From: Candidatus Aenigmatarchaeota archaeon
Lineage (GTDB): Archaea > Aenigmatarchaeota > Aenigmatarchaeia > JACPZZ01
Assembly (NCBI GenBank): GCA_016180965.1
Contig: JACPAF010000001.1
Coordinates: forward strand, 10,111-74,110
Length of the DNA: 64,000 bases
Direction of reading: 5' to 3'
How positions within the stretch are numbered: the stretch's first letter is position 1; the number at the start of each line of letters is the position of its first letter. Positions 1-9,657 of this stretch are shown here, piece after piece. A program made the translations under genes and the position numbers. The notes beneath the pieces were generated by a model. The model made no database searches, was not told the DNA's origin, and worked only from the letters and a program-made list of their open reading frames with translations.

Positions 1-137
1 TTGATCGATTTTTCCGAATCTCCTATGGATGGCGCGCTGTCAATAACTGCGTCCATAGATTTCATTGAATCTTTAACTATCTCACCGCGCCTGTTGTCAA
101 AGTTTGAAAACGTCAGATGGCAATGCGCGTCTATCAT
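1..137 (-). CDS. TatD-family metal-dependent hydrolase, N-terminal fragment (gene continues beyond window start)
   Basis: Minus-strand ATG at 137-135 translates to MIDAHCHLTFSNFDNRRGEIVKD..., the HxH N-terminus typical of TatD/amidohydrolase-fold proteins. The ATG overlaps the stop of the upstream methyltransferase (ATGA). Too short to appear in the ORF track. Confidence 0.55.
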   Translation of the reverse strand, partial: MIDAHCHLTFSNFDNRRGEIVKDSMKSMDAVIDSAPSIGDSEKSI

Positions 138-745
138 GCTGATAACCTCGAAACTATCACACGATAACCGCCGCTTTTTTTGACGTAATCCTGGTTACCG
201 AAAACTTCCTTCATCCGTTTCGCTATAGATTTTGCGCCTTGTTTTGTTTGCACGACCAGGTACAGATAACCACCGGGAATCAAATGATCGACGGCGCCTT
301 CGATAATTTTGTTAACCACAATCCTCCCTGCCCGTATTGGGGGGTTGCAGATTATCTTGTCAAATTTCCCTGCTTCCAGTCCATCGTACAAGTCGCATTG
401 TACAACTTCCACATTACGCAACCCGTTCAATTTTACGTTAATTTTCGCAAGCTCAACTGCACGTTCGTTTATGTCTGTCATCAATACGCTATTGGCGTGT
501 TTGGAAAAGGCAATCCCGATCACCCCGTAACCGCAGCCCAAGTCCAGAATTCTGTCACCTTTTGAAACGGCGATTGATTCTACTAAAAGCAATGTTCCTC
601 GGTCGACTTTATACTTGGAAAATACACCGCTTGCGGTTGTGAACCTGTAATTTGTCCCGTTGATCAGGGCTGTTATTATCTGTGTGTATTTTTTCGAACT
701 TGGCGATGCGCTGAAATAGTGTTCCACTCTAAAATTATCGTACAT
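134..745 (-). CDS. Class I SAM-dependent methyltransferase (RsmC/RlmG-like small-domain MTase)
   Basis: 203 aa. SAM motif I ILDLGCGYGVIG and catalytic CNPPIRAG (NPPx) motif, as in rRNA/tRNA m2G-type methyltransferases. Confidence 0.75.
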   Translation of the reverse strand: MYDNFRVEHYFSASPSSKKYTQIITALINGTNYRFTTASGVFSKYKVDRGTLLLVESIAVSKGDRILDLGCGYGVIGIAFSKHANSVLMTDINERAVELAKINVKLNGLRNVEVVQCDLYDGLEAGKFDKIICNPPIRAGRIVVNKIIEGAVDHLIPGGYLYLVVQTKQGAKSIAKRMKEVFGNQDYVKKSGGYRVIVSRLSA

Positions 746-769
746 ATTAATAGTTATCCTTGATTACTG

Positions 770-3700
770 ATGCATATGTCCGGCTGGTCCGCGGGAATTA
801 TTTCGTTCTTAATCATCCTTATTATAACCCCTGCACTGCTGTTGTCAAATGTGTCGGCCAACGAAAAAACCTCCAATGGAGAAAAAGAAAGCCAAAAGGG
901 CGTATTCGCTCCCGGTTCCGGTGTCACTGCGCGGATACTACCTATAAAATCTGAATATTCGACTGCTCCTTCAAATACACCCGGCAGAACACAAAAACCA
1001 GTTGTTTTGTCGCAACAGGCCGCATGGGACGAAAACGATGAATATCACCACAGGTCGCACGCGCAATCCGTAATAGAGGCGAACAAAAACCTTCTCGGAA
1101 TAGGCGAAGAGAATATACGGCTTGTCAGCGGCAATTACGATGGTCCTTCTTATGCGAACCACAATTCGGGCACTTCTTATGTATTTTACGAGCAGATGCA
1201 CAACGGCATTCCGATTTACGGCAGCTACATAGGCTTGATTTCGGTCAACGGCGAAGATGTGCTGATAAAATCCAACGTTTATCCCGGCATTTCCGTTGGA
1301 ACGGAACCATCGATAAACGCGGATGATGCTGTAAAACTTGCACAAACAAACCTAGGAACGGACTCCGATCCGCTAAATTATTCCCTGATGATATTCCCCG
1401 TAAATTATGAAAAAAACGACTATGTACTGGCGTGGAAGATCCAGTTTTCAACGCTACATCCGCCGGCCGCATGGGAAATTTTTGTCGACGCCCAAAAAAG
1501 AAAAGTTATTTTCAAGCAAAACAGGATATTGGACTTATCAGTGTCCGGCAATGTTATAGGTTTCGTCTACCCTGAAAATCCCTCAAGGCCAAAGGCCGTG
1601 GTAAACTTTTCCGGATTGAATGTAAGCGCTTTCCAAAACGGCAAAATTGTCGGGTCTTCAATAACAAATGCAAACGGGTCGTATAATATTACCGGCGTTT
1701 CAGGCGATGTATACGTAATTTCAGAATTGAACGGTCCGTTCGTAAACGTAATTAATGAGGACCAATCAAAGGCTAACCACAGCCTACTTGTAAGTACGCC
1801 TTCTGTCCATAACTGGAATTGGAGCGCCAATGACACGTCATACAAACAGGAAGAATCGAATGTTTTCTACCATGTCAACCGCATACACGATTTCATAACA
1901 AAAGGCAGCCCGTTCGACATATCCCAGATGAATTACCAGGTTCCCGCCAATGTCGAATACGGATCGTCTTCGTGCAACGCATTCGCAGATCCGAATGCGG
2001 GATCAATAAACTTTTTCGGCCCGGACGGGGGTTGCGAGGCGACTTCGCTGGGAAGCGACGTGATTTACCATGAATACACCCACTTGGTCATTGACAAAGT
2101 CATGAACATCTTAGACCCGTCTCCCGATGAGAACGGAGGATCGATCCACGAGGGTGTAGCGGATTATTTCTCGGCCACATTAAGAAATGATTCTGTGATA
2201 GGAAACGAAATTTTGCCAGAATCATCAATAAGATACCTTAACAACAGCCTGAAGATGCCGGAAGATTTCAGTGAGGAGGTCCATGACGACGGCAGGATAA
2301 TTGCCGGCGCTTTGTGGGATCTTAGAGGATTGTTAGGCAACAGCACAGCGGATAACCTTACAATACGGACAATGAAACTACGGGGGCAGACATTCACACA
2401 GTTCCTCGCCGACATGTTCATTGCCGACGACAACAATGGAAACCTTGCAGACGGAACTCCTCACACAAGCGAAATTTGCAGGGCTTTCTACGTCAACCAT
2501 GGAATATTCAATTCATACTGCCCCGTCACACCTATCTACGGAAAACCGGGAGACAAAATATATTTGCTGGAGAACAACACACCGACGATTATCAACGATT
2601 ATCCGCTACCGGGCAATTCCAGTTCCATAACCGTTCCAAACCAATTGTCCGGTAATGTTAGCAACATCTCAGTGTTCGTGGGAATAAATCACACATACAT
2701 AGGCGATTTGAAAATACAGCTCCAATCGCCTTCCGGAAAGTCCATATTTCTCCATTACCTCACAGGAGGCCCTACAAATAATTTGTTCACGTGGTACGGC
2801 AACGAAACGGTTCCAAAAACACCGGAGGGGTTGCATCAATTTCTTAACGAGCCTGCCAATGGAACTTGGCTGCTGAAAGTTGCAGATCACGCCGAAGTGG
2901 ATACGGGCACAATAACAAAATGGAAGCTATTAATTACGGTGAATATGCTCACACCGCGATGGTCTCTGAATAATTCCTACCTGCATGAAACTTATGAAGC
3001 AAAACAAAATTACAGTTTCAAGATCGCCTGGAACGATACGGAAGGCGACGGCCCGTCAGCAATATCGCAAGCGGTTTTCGAGCTCAACTCCATGAATTAT
3101 ACCAAATACACCTCGCCTGCCGTGGCCAACGATTCCCAGGGAATTTTTTGGATAAACTTGACTGACCTGTCCGCTGGTTTGTATTCGTACAAATGGTACG
3201 CCAACAACACTCTCGGTATGTGGAACTCCACAGCATCACTCCAGTTTTCGGTACACAAGCAGCCGACAAACACGACACTCTTGCTTAACAGCACACCAGG
3301 CGATTTCGCATACAACATTTCAACGTTTGCGAATTTCACAGCTTTTGTAAACGTGACCGGAAAAAACGTGACCCTGACCTCTGATATTCCGGGATGGCTG
3401 GACCAGAACGCCACCGACAAATTATACAACACTACACTGCTGGTTAAAAAAGGCGCATACAACATAACCGCATATTTTGCCGGCGACCAGAATTATTCCG
3501 AATCCTTACAAACCCATTTCGCCATAATAAAAAATACGCAAGCGCCGTTAATTTTGGGCAATTTCAGCCTGCCAGAAAGCGGCGCGGATTACAATCCAAC
3601 CAGAAATTATACGTTTAACGTGACCGCAGAAGATGATATTGGAATAGAAAACGTAATATTTCAATTCGACCTGTTGAATTACACGGCGTCCGTTTATTCA

Positions 3701-5335
3701 ACTGGGTCTGCGCCACCCTTGAAATCCGGAAACTGGTCGGTCACGCTGCACGGCTTGGGCGCCAATGAATCCGGCCACAAACTAATCTGGTACGTAAACG
3801 ATTCGTACGATAACTGGAACAGGACCGGAGAAATTAATTACGCGATAAAGAAAAACACTTCCGCGTACACAATAATAAGATTAAATAAAACTCCTTCCGA
3901 TGACAGCGAAACATTCGATTTCGAAGTCGGCGAACCTTTTTACATATACGTTTCAGCATCGGACCCGGCGATAACATTCAACATATATGAAAATTTATCC
4001 ACCCCGGACACGCCAGAACTTGCAATTTCCCAGAATGGGATCCTTGAAGCCGATACCTACATATCTTCCGCGGGCGGTTATCATGTTTGGATAAACTCTT
4101 CTGAAAATGAAAATTATACTGCAAACAACACGCTTTCGCACATCTTCATCAGGTCTAAAGACACCATTACTCCCAGATTAACAGAGTCGATAATAGCACC
4201 AAGATCCATCAAAAGAAATTCAAACGTGACTTTCATGACAATCTCGGAAGATTACAGCGACACAAACGCATCCGTCAACATATACAATAAAACCAACCCA
4301 AGCTCGATGCGTGTATACATGGGCCAAATAACTTGGAAAGGCAATACGCTAACAAACCTGATAACTTTCAATTCTTCAATACTAGAAACGGGCACATTTT
4401 ATGTAAACGTATCGCTTACGGACGCAAGCGGAAATTCTGCAAACTATTCCATCGGGAATATTACGGTATCAGATTCTGTGGGGTCAAACTATTACAGCAA
4501 CACGTACCTGCCAATCGAGGAAAAAATAGAACTCAATCTTTCTTCGGAGTTGAACATATCACTTAACATAAGTTCAAGTTCTTCAGGATCCACGGACTCT
4601 CTTGTCGTATCTTCTTACAATACAAATCCCTCCAATGATAACACAAATGGTGTTGCAATAAACAAGTTTTCGGAAATATCCGCGGGAGGTTTCCTATCAG
4701 ATGTGTTAAACTGGGTTGAGATGAGAATATTTTATTCCTCTTCTGATATACCGGCGGGCTATGACGAGAACAATTTAAGAATCTATTACAACCATCCCAA
4801 CGGAACTTGGCTGCCGTATGAAGGTTCCGGTTCGGGCGGTGTTAATACAACCGAAAAATATGTTTGGGCAAATTCCACGCATTTCAGTATTTACGGTGTT
4901 TTCGTGATGCCAACATGCAGCGACGGCATACAAAACCAAGACGAAAGCGGGGCAGATTGCGGCGGAACATGTTCGGCGTGCGCGTCTTCGGCTCCTCACA
5001 TAAGCGGCGGAGGGGGTGGCGGAGGCGGATCTTCTATAACCACGACGACAACTACGACCACATCAACAACCACAACTGCTGCGACTGTTTCGGTCAAAAA
5101 AAATAATGAAACCGCAATTCCAAACATTACACAACCCGATTCAAAGGCGACTAACTCCACAAAAAACCAGGCTAACCTGAACAACAGCATTACAGGTGCG
5201 GTTACATCCAGAACAAACAGCTATCTGGCCCCGATAGCAGTAATAGGATTGGCTTTAATCGCAATAATTGCATTCAAAAAATTAATCGGCCATAAAAAAC
5301 CAAAATCCGCTGGGAAAAAATTAAAATTTAAATAA
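770..5335 (+). CDS. Giant secreted, membrane-anchored zinc metalloprotease (thermolysin/fungalysin-like) with proprotein-convertase P-domain
   Basis: 1521 aa. N-terminal signal/TM. PepSY/FTP-like propeptide region. HEYTH zinc motif (nt 2069-2083) followed by GGSIHEGVADYF (gluzincin third ligand). P-domain-like INHTYIGDLKIQLQSPSG. Long NxS/T-rich region. Cys motif CSDGIQNQDESGADCGGTCSAC. Gly7 and Thr-rich linker. C-terminal TM plus basic tail. Confidence 0.8.
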   Translation: MHMSGWSAGIISFLIILIITPALLLSNVSANEKTSNGEKESQKGVFAPGSGVTARILPIKSEYSTAPSNTPGRTQKPVVLSQQAAWDENDEYHHRSHAQSVIEANKNLLGIGEENIRLVSGNYDGPSYANHNSGTSYVFYEQMHNGIPIYGSYIGLISVNGEDVLIKSNVYPGISVGTEPSINADDAVKLAQTNLGTDSDPLNYSLMIFPVNYEKNDYVLAWKIQFSTLHPPAAWEIFVDAQKRKVIFKQNRILDLSVSGNVIGFVYPENPSRPKAVVNFSGLNVSAFQNGKIVGSSITNANGSYNITGVSGDVYVISELNGPFVNVINEDQSKANHSLLVSTPSVHNWNWSANDTSYKQEESNVFYHVNRIHDFITKGSPFDISQMNYQVPANVEYGSSSCNAFADPNAGSINFFGPDGGCEATSLGSDVIYHEYTHLVIDKVMNILDPSPDENGGSIHEGVADYFSATLRNDSVIGNEILPESSIRYLNNSLKMPEDFSEEVHDDGRIIAGALWDLRGLLGNSTADNLTIRTMKLRGQTFTQFLADMFIADDNNGNLADGTPHTSEICRAFYVNHGIFNSYCPVTPIYGKPGDKIYLLENNTPTIINDYPLPGNSSSITVPNQLSGNVSNISVFVGINHTYIGDLKIQLQSPSGKSIFLHYLTGGPTNNLFTWYGNETVPKTPEGLHQFLNEPANGTWLLKVADHAEVDTGTITKWKLLITVNMLTPRWSLNNSYLHETYEAKQNYSFKIAWNDTEGDGPSAISQAVFELNSMNYTKYTSPAVANDSQGIFWINLTDLSAGLYSYKWYANNTLGMWNSTASLQFSVHKQPTNTTLLLNSTPGDFAYNISTFANFTAFVNVTGKNVTLTSDIPGWLDQNATDKLYNTTLLVKKGAYNITAYFAGDQNYSESLQTHFAIIKNTQAPLILGNFSLPESGADYNPTRNYTFNVTAEDDIGIENVIFQFDLLNYTASVYSTGSAPPLKSGNWSVTLHGLGANESGHKLIWYVNDSYDNWNRTGEINYAIKKNTSAYTIIRLNKTPSDDSETFDFEVGEPFYIYVSASDPAITFNIYENLSTPDTPELAISQNGILEADTYISSAGGYHVWINSSENENYTANNTLSHIFIRSKDTITPRLTESIIAPRSIKRNSNVTFMTISEDYSDTNASVNIYNKTNPSSMRVYMGQITWKGNTLTNLITFNSSILETGTFYVNVSLTDASGNSANYSIGNITVSDSVGSNYYSNTYLPIEEKIELNLSSELNISLNISSSSSGSTDSLVVSSYNTNPSNDNTNGVAINKFSEISAGGFLSDVLNWVEMRIFYSSSDIPAGYDENNLRIYYNHPNGTWLPYEGSGSGGVNTTEKYVWANSTHFSIYGVFVMPTCSDGIQNQDESGADCGGTCSACASSAPHISGGGGGGGGSSITTTTTTTTSTTTTAATVSVKKNNETAIPNITQPDSKATNSTKNQANLNNSITGAVTSRTNSYLAPIAVIGLALIAIIAFKKLIGHKKPKSAGKKLKFK

Positions 5336-5344
5336 AATTCTAAA

Positions 5345-5734
5345 TCACTTTTTCTGCTCGACCAGAACAGCATTCACGACACCGGAACGGCTTGGTCTCG
5401 ACGTAACACGCGCCTTTCCGGCTTCCGTGTTTACCGTAGAACCCCGAGTTATTATGTTTCTCCTAATGAAGTTCGGGTTCGAGGGGCTTTCAACAACTGT
5501 CAATATCCTGACTTTTTTTGTCTTTCCAGTGGACGGGTCTGTAACATTGGCCATGTTTGTTGACAATGTAACGTAACTAACAGCTCCGCCTATGGATCTT
5601 TTGGTCTTTCTAACGAGTTCGCCGAGCCTGGTGAACAACGGTTCCGGTCTTCGGTCGCTTCTTGTTTTCTTGCCTAACCGATTGAGTTTACCGCCGGTCG
5701 GTTTCCTGTGCGGCCTAAGGTTCCATTTCGTCAT
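5345..5734 (-). CDS. rps8e: 30S ribosomal protein S8e
   Basis: 129 aa, basic. N-terminus MTKWNLRPHRKPTGGK is typical of S8e. Confidence 0.9.
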   Translation of the reverse strand: MTKWNLRPHRKPTGGKLNRLGKKTRSDRRPEPLFTRLGELVRKTKRSIGGAVSYVTLSTNMANVTDPSTGKTKKVRILTVVESPSNPNFIRRNIITRGSTVNTEAGKARVTSRPSRSGVVNAVLVEQKK

Positions 5735-5829
5735 TCAGATCTCACCATAATTTAGAGTATGCATATTAATTACTTAGGAGAATAAGCAGATTTATAAGCA
5801 TCACTATTTTATATTACATGGGGAATTAA

Positions 5830-6066
5830 ATGGGCGACAATGATTCATCTAGCAGGCCGTTCAACGAGTTGGACCAGGCCAAAGGAAAACGAGTAATAAT
5901 CAAATTGAAGGGCGGCGAGGAAATCAACGGTATTTTGAAATCTTTCGACCAGCACCTGAACATATGGCTCGAGGACGCGGATGAAAATTCTGCGCAGAAG
6001 AGCAGAAAACTGGGCGATGTGCTGGTGCGCGGGGACAACATCATTTTGATATCGCCCTCCAAGTGA
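5830..6066 (+). CDS. Sm-like (LSm) archaeal protein
   Basis: 78 aa. Sm1/Sm2 motifs (VIIKLKGGEEINGILKSFDQHLNIWLED ... VLVRGDNIILISP). Classic archaeal Sm-L37e gene pair. Confidence 0.9.
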   Translation: MGDNDSSSRPFNELDQAKGKRVIIKLKGGEEINGILKSFDQHLNIWLEDADENSAQKSRKLGDVLVRGDNIILISPSK

Positions 6067-6092
6067 TGGGCTAGATTCTTTCGGTGAATTAA

Positions 6093-6278
6093 TTGACAAA
6101 AGGAACATCCTCTTTCGGGAAACATAATAAGAAAACGCACATGCGCTGCCGTCGCTGTGGCAGATACACATATCACTTGCAGAAAAGCAAATGCGCGGCA
6201 TGCGGTTTCGGGCGCTCTCCGAAATTACGAGATTACTCATGGCGCAGAAAAACCATCCAAAGGAAGAGAAAGCTTTAG
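6093..6278 (+). CDS. rpl37e: 50S ribosomal protein L37e (TTG start)
   Basis: 61 aa. [28 protein letters not shown] zinc ribbon. The initiation codon at 6093 is TTG. Confidence 0.9.
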   Translation: MTKGTSSFGKHNKKTHMRCRRCGRYTYHLQKSKCAACGFGRSPKLRDYSWRRKTIQRKRKL

Positions 6279-6327
6279 ATTTTCTTTATTTTAATAGCTG
6301 TGTTTATTGTATAATTTTGTAGTAGCA

Positions 6328-6367
6328 AACTGAAACAGATGCATACCAATAGCATCTGTTTCTAGTT
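6328..6367. repeat. tRNA-linked bulged palindromic hairpin (family copy)
   Basis: AACTGAAACAGATGC-ATACCAATA-GCATCTGTTTCTAGTT. The 3' end lies 5 nt (GCGAC) before tRNA-Lys +1. Confidence 0.8.
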
Positions 6368-6372
6368 GCGAC

Positions 6373-6469
6373 GGGCCCATAGCTCAGCCTGGTAGAGCAC
6401 CTGACTCTTAATTGAACTTTTGTTCATCGAGATATCAGGGAGTCGCGAGTTCAAATCTCGCTGGGCCCA
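6373..6469 (+). tRNA. tRNA-Lys-CTT: tRNA-Lys(CTT) with canonical 37/38 intron (6411-6433, 23 nt)
   Basis: Acceptor GGGCCCA/TGGGCCC, D arm GCTC..GAGC, anticodon arm CCTGA-CTCTTA|intron|A-TCAGG, T arm GCGAG-TTCAAAT-CTCGC. BHB has 3 of 4 central pairs. Confidence 0.9.
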
Positions 6470-6486
6470 ATTAAAGATGTTTTACT

Positions 6487-7404
6487 ATGATCTCCATAAA
6501 CTACACGTTCCTGGGCGATGAATCAATTGTTAAGGAATGGGGCAAGAAAGGAACTTCATCGGATATAACGATCTACGACCGCAAAGACACGGGCATTGTT
6601 AAAACATGGACACTGCCTACCGGATTTCCGGACAAAATACAATCTTTATTCCAAGCCATACAGCTTGGCGAATATGTTATTTTTCATGTATCCAAATTGG
6701 ACAAGTTCACGGGCGAGCAAATAATCGCGCTTGATGCTTTGCGAAAGGAAAAAGGTTTGTTGTGCCATTCTTACGAAGTTGATAGAAGCCTGCTGTTAAC
6801 AATGATAAAAGGAACTGTTGTTGAGAATTACAAGCTGGTGGAACTTGAGAATTTGAAAACGGAAATGGATTCGCTGGCTGCTATTCAAAAAGAAGGCGAG
6901 GCTAAAGTTGTGATAGACCATTCGTTCGAAGTTAAAGGCGTTGGCGCTGTGCTTCTGGGTAAATTGGACCGCGGAAAAATAAAAACTTACGACAATATGA
7001 AATTGTTGCCCGCGGGTTCCGAAGTAATGATAAAATCAATACAAATGCACGACGATACCGTAACGGAAGCATCGTCTCCAGCGCGCATTGGGTTAGCGAT
7101 CAAAGGTGTTGATGCAAGCGCTGTACAGCGCGGCGACGTTTTATGCAATTCTGCAGATTCCAAAGTTTCACAAGAAATAATTTTGGATTACAAACAAAAC
7201 AAATATTTTAAAGAGGATGTTAAAGAAGGCCAAACTTTCGTAGTTAATGTCGGAATGCAAATGAAGACCGCGAAAATAATTTCATCGGCTCCCATGAGGT
7301 TACAATTCATGAAACCGGTTGTTTTTGAAATCGGCGAAATTGCCGTAATATTAAGGCCGGAATCGCAGGGCGTTAGGATTGTCGGAAGTGGAAAGATAAG
7401 TTAA
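6487..7404 (+). CDS. EF-Tu/EF-1A-like protein with degenerate G domain (domain II beta-barrel retained)
   Basis: 305 aa. Central KVVIDHSFEVKGVGAVLLGKLDRGKIK...MIKSIQMHDD...ARIGLAIKGV...RGDVL matches the EF-Tu domain 2 pattern. I see no GxxxxGK[ST] P-loop in the N-terminal region. Confidence 0.6.
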   Translation: MISINYTFLGDESIVKEWGKKGTSSDITIYDRKDTGIVKTWTLPTGFPDKIQSLFQAIQLGEYVIFHVSKLDKFTGEQIIALDALRKEKGLLCHSYEVDRSLLLTMIKGTVVENYKLVELENLKTEMDSLAAIQKEGEAKVVIDHSFEVKGVGAVLLGKLDRGKIKTYDNMKLLPAGSEVMIKSIQMHDDTVTEASSPARIGLAIKGVDASAVQRGDVLCNSADSKVSQEIILDYKQNKYFKEDVKEGQTFVVNVGMQMKTAKIISSAPMRLQFMKPVVFEIGEIAVILRPESQGVRIVGSGKIS

Positions 7405-7454
7405 AAGTTTTTGACCGGATGTTTTATATATTTATTTGAAGAATAGCTTTTTTC

Positions 7455-7715
7455 ATGGTAGACCCCTACGTAGATAAGTTCAAAGACTTAAGTGTACTGG
7501 ACATAGAAACTGGGAAATTCGGTTTGCGTATAGGCTATGTAAACGGGAGCGGAAGGGCATTCATAGAGACGGATGCGGGCGAAGAACGCGTGTCTTACGT
7601 TAACCTGGGCATGCCTTCCGGCGGCTTATCTGCAGCATATGTTCTCAGCAGCCAGCTTAAGCGAGATCCGGGACTTTACAACTTCGGCAGAAGAAAAGAA
7701 GAAACACACGCCTGA
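7455..7715 (+). CDS. Hypothetical small protein
   Basis: 86-aa ORF in an otherwise empty gap. No motif recognised. Confidence 0.35.
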   Translation: MVDPYVDKFKDLSVLDIETGKFGLRIGYVNGSGRAFIETDAGEERVSYVNLGMPSGGLSAAYVLSSQLKRDPGLYNFGRRKEETHA

Positions 7716-7749
7716 TTCAATATTTCTATTCCAGATTTCAATTACTACA

Positions 7750-8613
7750 ATGGCGCTTACTGAAGGATTGTTGCTAGCATTAGTTTCAATGTTTTGCTGG
7801 GGAATTGCGGATTTTATTGTCGTAGGGCCTGTAAGGAAAATAGGCAATATCAAAACTCTGGTAATCGGCCAGGCTGTAATATTTGCCGCAATGATCTCCT
7901 ATGTTTCTCTTTTTCCTAATAACATACATTTCACCCAGCAGGCTGTATTGCTTTCGTTCCCGCCTTCGGCGCTGATCATACTCGGTTTTCTTGCACTGTA
8001 CAGGGGAATACAGGTTGGAAAGGTTTCGATTGTTGTTCCGATAGTTTCAAGCTGGTCCCTTGTTGCCGTAATCATAGGCTTTCTGGTTTTACGCCAAACG
8101 CCCACCCCACACCAGATTGCAGGTGCTTTGCTCATAGTCTCCGGAATAATCTTAGTTTCATTAAAGCTGTCTGATCTCAGGTCGTCGATAAGAAAACATA
8201 AATTAAAAGGCGTTAAAGAAGCTTTGTTGTCAATGGTTTTTTTCGGCTCTGCGCTCGCGTTCAACAAATTTGTGATCGAATACGTCGGGTGGCTTTCAGC
8301 CAGTTTCCTGTTTTCGCTGTGGCAAACCTTAATTCTGGCTGCCCTGTTCTTCGTAAGCAAGCAGGGTAAAACAAAAACCGCGGGCAATTATTTGCTTATT
8401 GCGGCTGCTGCCGGACTTTTGAACTGGTTTGGGGGATTGTCTTATAATCTTGGCATAAGCGGCGAATATCTTTCCGTGGTTTCTCCCGTTGCGTCGGCGT
8501 CCGTTTTTGTCACAGTAATACTTTCATTCATACTGTTGAAGGAGAGATTAACAAAACCACAATACGTCGGCGTGTTTTCCGTGATATTGGGAATAATCGC
8601 GATTGCCGTCTAA
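7750..8613 (+). CDS. EamA/DMT-family transporter
   Basis: About 10 hydrophobic segments in two repeats. Start moved to the ATG at 7750 (MALTEGLLLALVSMFCWGIADF); the upstream part of the track ORF overlaps the previous ORF. Confidence 0.75.
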   Translation: MALTEGLLLALVSMFCWGIADFIVVGPVRKIGNIKTLVIGQAVIFAAMISYVSLFPNNIHFTQQAVLLSFPPSALIILGFLALYRGIQVGKVSIVVPIVSSWSLVAVIIGFLVLRQTPTPHQIAGALLIVSGIILVSLKLSDLRSSIRKHKLKGVKEALLSMVFFGSALAFNKFVIEYVGWLSASFLFSLWQTLILAALFFVSKQGKTKTAGNYLLIAAAAGLLNWFGGLSYNLGISGEYLSVVSPVASASVFVTVILSFILLKERLTKPQYVGVFSVILGIIAIAV

Positions 8614-8646
8614 TGGTTTAAATACTTTCTGCACATCTGATTACTG

Positions 8647-9657
8647 ATGGCAAAACGCATACAACCTGAATACGCAAAAGAATATTGGAATGTTTTGCAA
8701 AGAGGTTTATTTTTTGAAAGTTCCATGCCTGAGATATGGGAATTTGAAAATCTGCAGGAATCCAATGATTGGATGAAAAAACATCACGCGGTTAAAAAAC
8801 GTGTATCTCTGGGCTTTCTTAAGCCCGCGATAACTTTTCAGTATGAACCGATGCCGTCCGCAATACCGGGCGAATCCAGCTTCATGTTACCGGCAACGGA
8901 AAAAGAAGTCCTGATGGCCAGGGTTTTGTACCAAAACGGCAAATTATCAGAAGAGGCCATCATGCAAAGAAATTTTAAACACAAAGAAGTTTTTTCCGGC
9001 CAATTGATACTTATTCCCACAGACGGCGCAGAAACTGCTGTCAGACACCTGGAAAGCGGCGGTTACCATGTACCATCAACGGCGATGGGAAGGAAAATCG
9101 GAATAATACACGAACTGTGCGAGCATGCAGCAACTCACATGAATCCTTCTTACACATTTGTAGTAAACTCCAAACTTGAGCGGGCGCATGCGCTTTCGCA
9201 AAATCCCAACGCGGATCAGGATTATGCAATACTTGAAGGTGCGGCTGCGCATGCGGCACAAGGCCACAGGCATACGATGGTAAACATGATAGAGACGTGG
9301 GCGTTGGACCAGTTTGGCGAAGATGGTCGTAAAATTGTGCGGGCTCAAAACATGGGCGTTCTCAATATGTTTGCTGATATTTTTAAAAAATACAAAACCC
9401 CCGAAGACATCAAGAACAACTACGGAGTTTACGTGGGTGAAATGATGGCATTTATGTCGTCGTTCCACGAATACACACTATTAGGCCAGCTTCTAACTGA
9501 ACCTGCGTACAAAGGCGGCGTTAGGAATGCCGCTGATGAGCACATAAGAGGCGCTGTGTGGAGAATGTCGCATGAACAGCTCCAAGACTTACAGGCAAGA
9601 TCAACAAAATATATGGAAACCAGAGGTTTTAGAAATGTGACGCCCGGAAAAAATTGA
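8647..9657 (+). CDS. Hypothetical protein
   Basis: 336-aa ORF. No confident family assignment. Confidence 0.5.
   Translation: MAKRIQPEYAKEYWNVLQRGLFFESSMPEIWEFENLQESNDWMKKHHAVKKRVSLGFLKPAITFQYEPMPSAIPGESSFMLPATEKEVLMARVLYQNGKLSEEAIMQRNFKHKEVFSGQLILIPTDGAETAVRHLESGGYHVPSTAMGRKIGIIHELCEHAATHMNPSYTFVVNSKLERAHALSQNPNADQDYAILEGAAAHAAQGHRHTMVNMIETWALDQFGEDGRKIVRAQNMGVLNMFADIFKKYKTPEDIKNNYGVYVGEMMAFMSSFHEYTLLGQLLTEPAYKGGVRNAADEHIRGAVWRMSHEQLQDLQARSTKYMETRGFRNVTPGKN

Noticed and set aside
1-183. 60-aa plus-strand ORF at the window start.
   Set aside because: The opposite strand encodes a recognisable TatD-type N-terminus (MIDAHCHL...) coupled by an ATGA overlap to the upstream gene. The plus-strand peptide has no features.
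4996-5085. Gly7 and Thr-run coding region of the protease as a slippage/phase-variation tract.
   Set aside because: The codons are mixed (GGC/GGA/GGG/GGT; ACG/ACA/ACC/ACT), so there is no long homopolymer or perfect microsatellite at the DNA level.
6328-6367. Family hairpins as BHB splice or processing motifs in their own right.
   Set aside because: The stems are continuously paired with only a single-nucleotide bulge. The required pair of 3-nt bulges separated by 4 bp is absent in every copy I inspected.
9090-9140. HELCEH in the 336-aa hypothetical protein as a zinc-protease motif.
   Set aside because: The spacing is HExxxH, not HExxH, and there is no downstream third-ligand motif.
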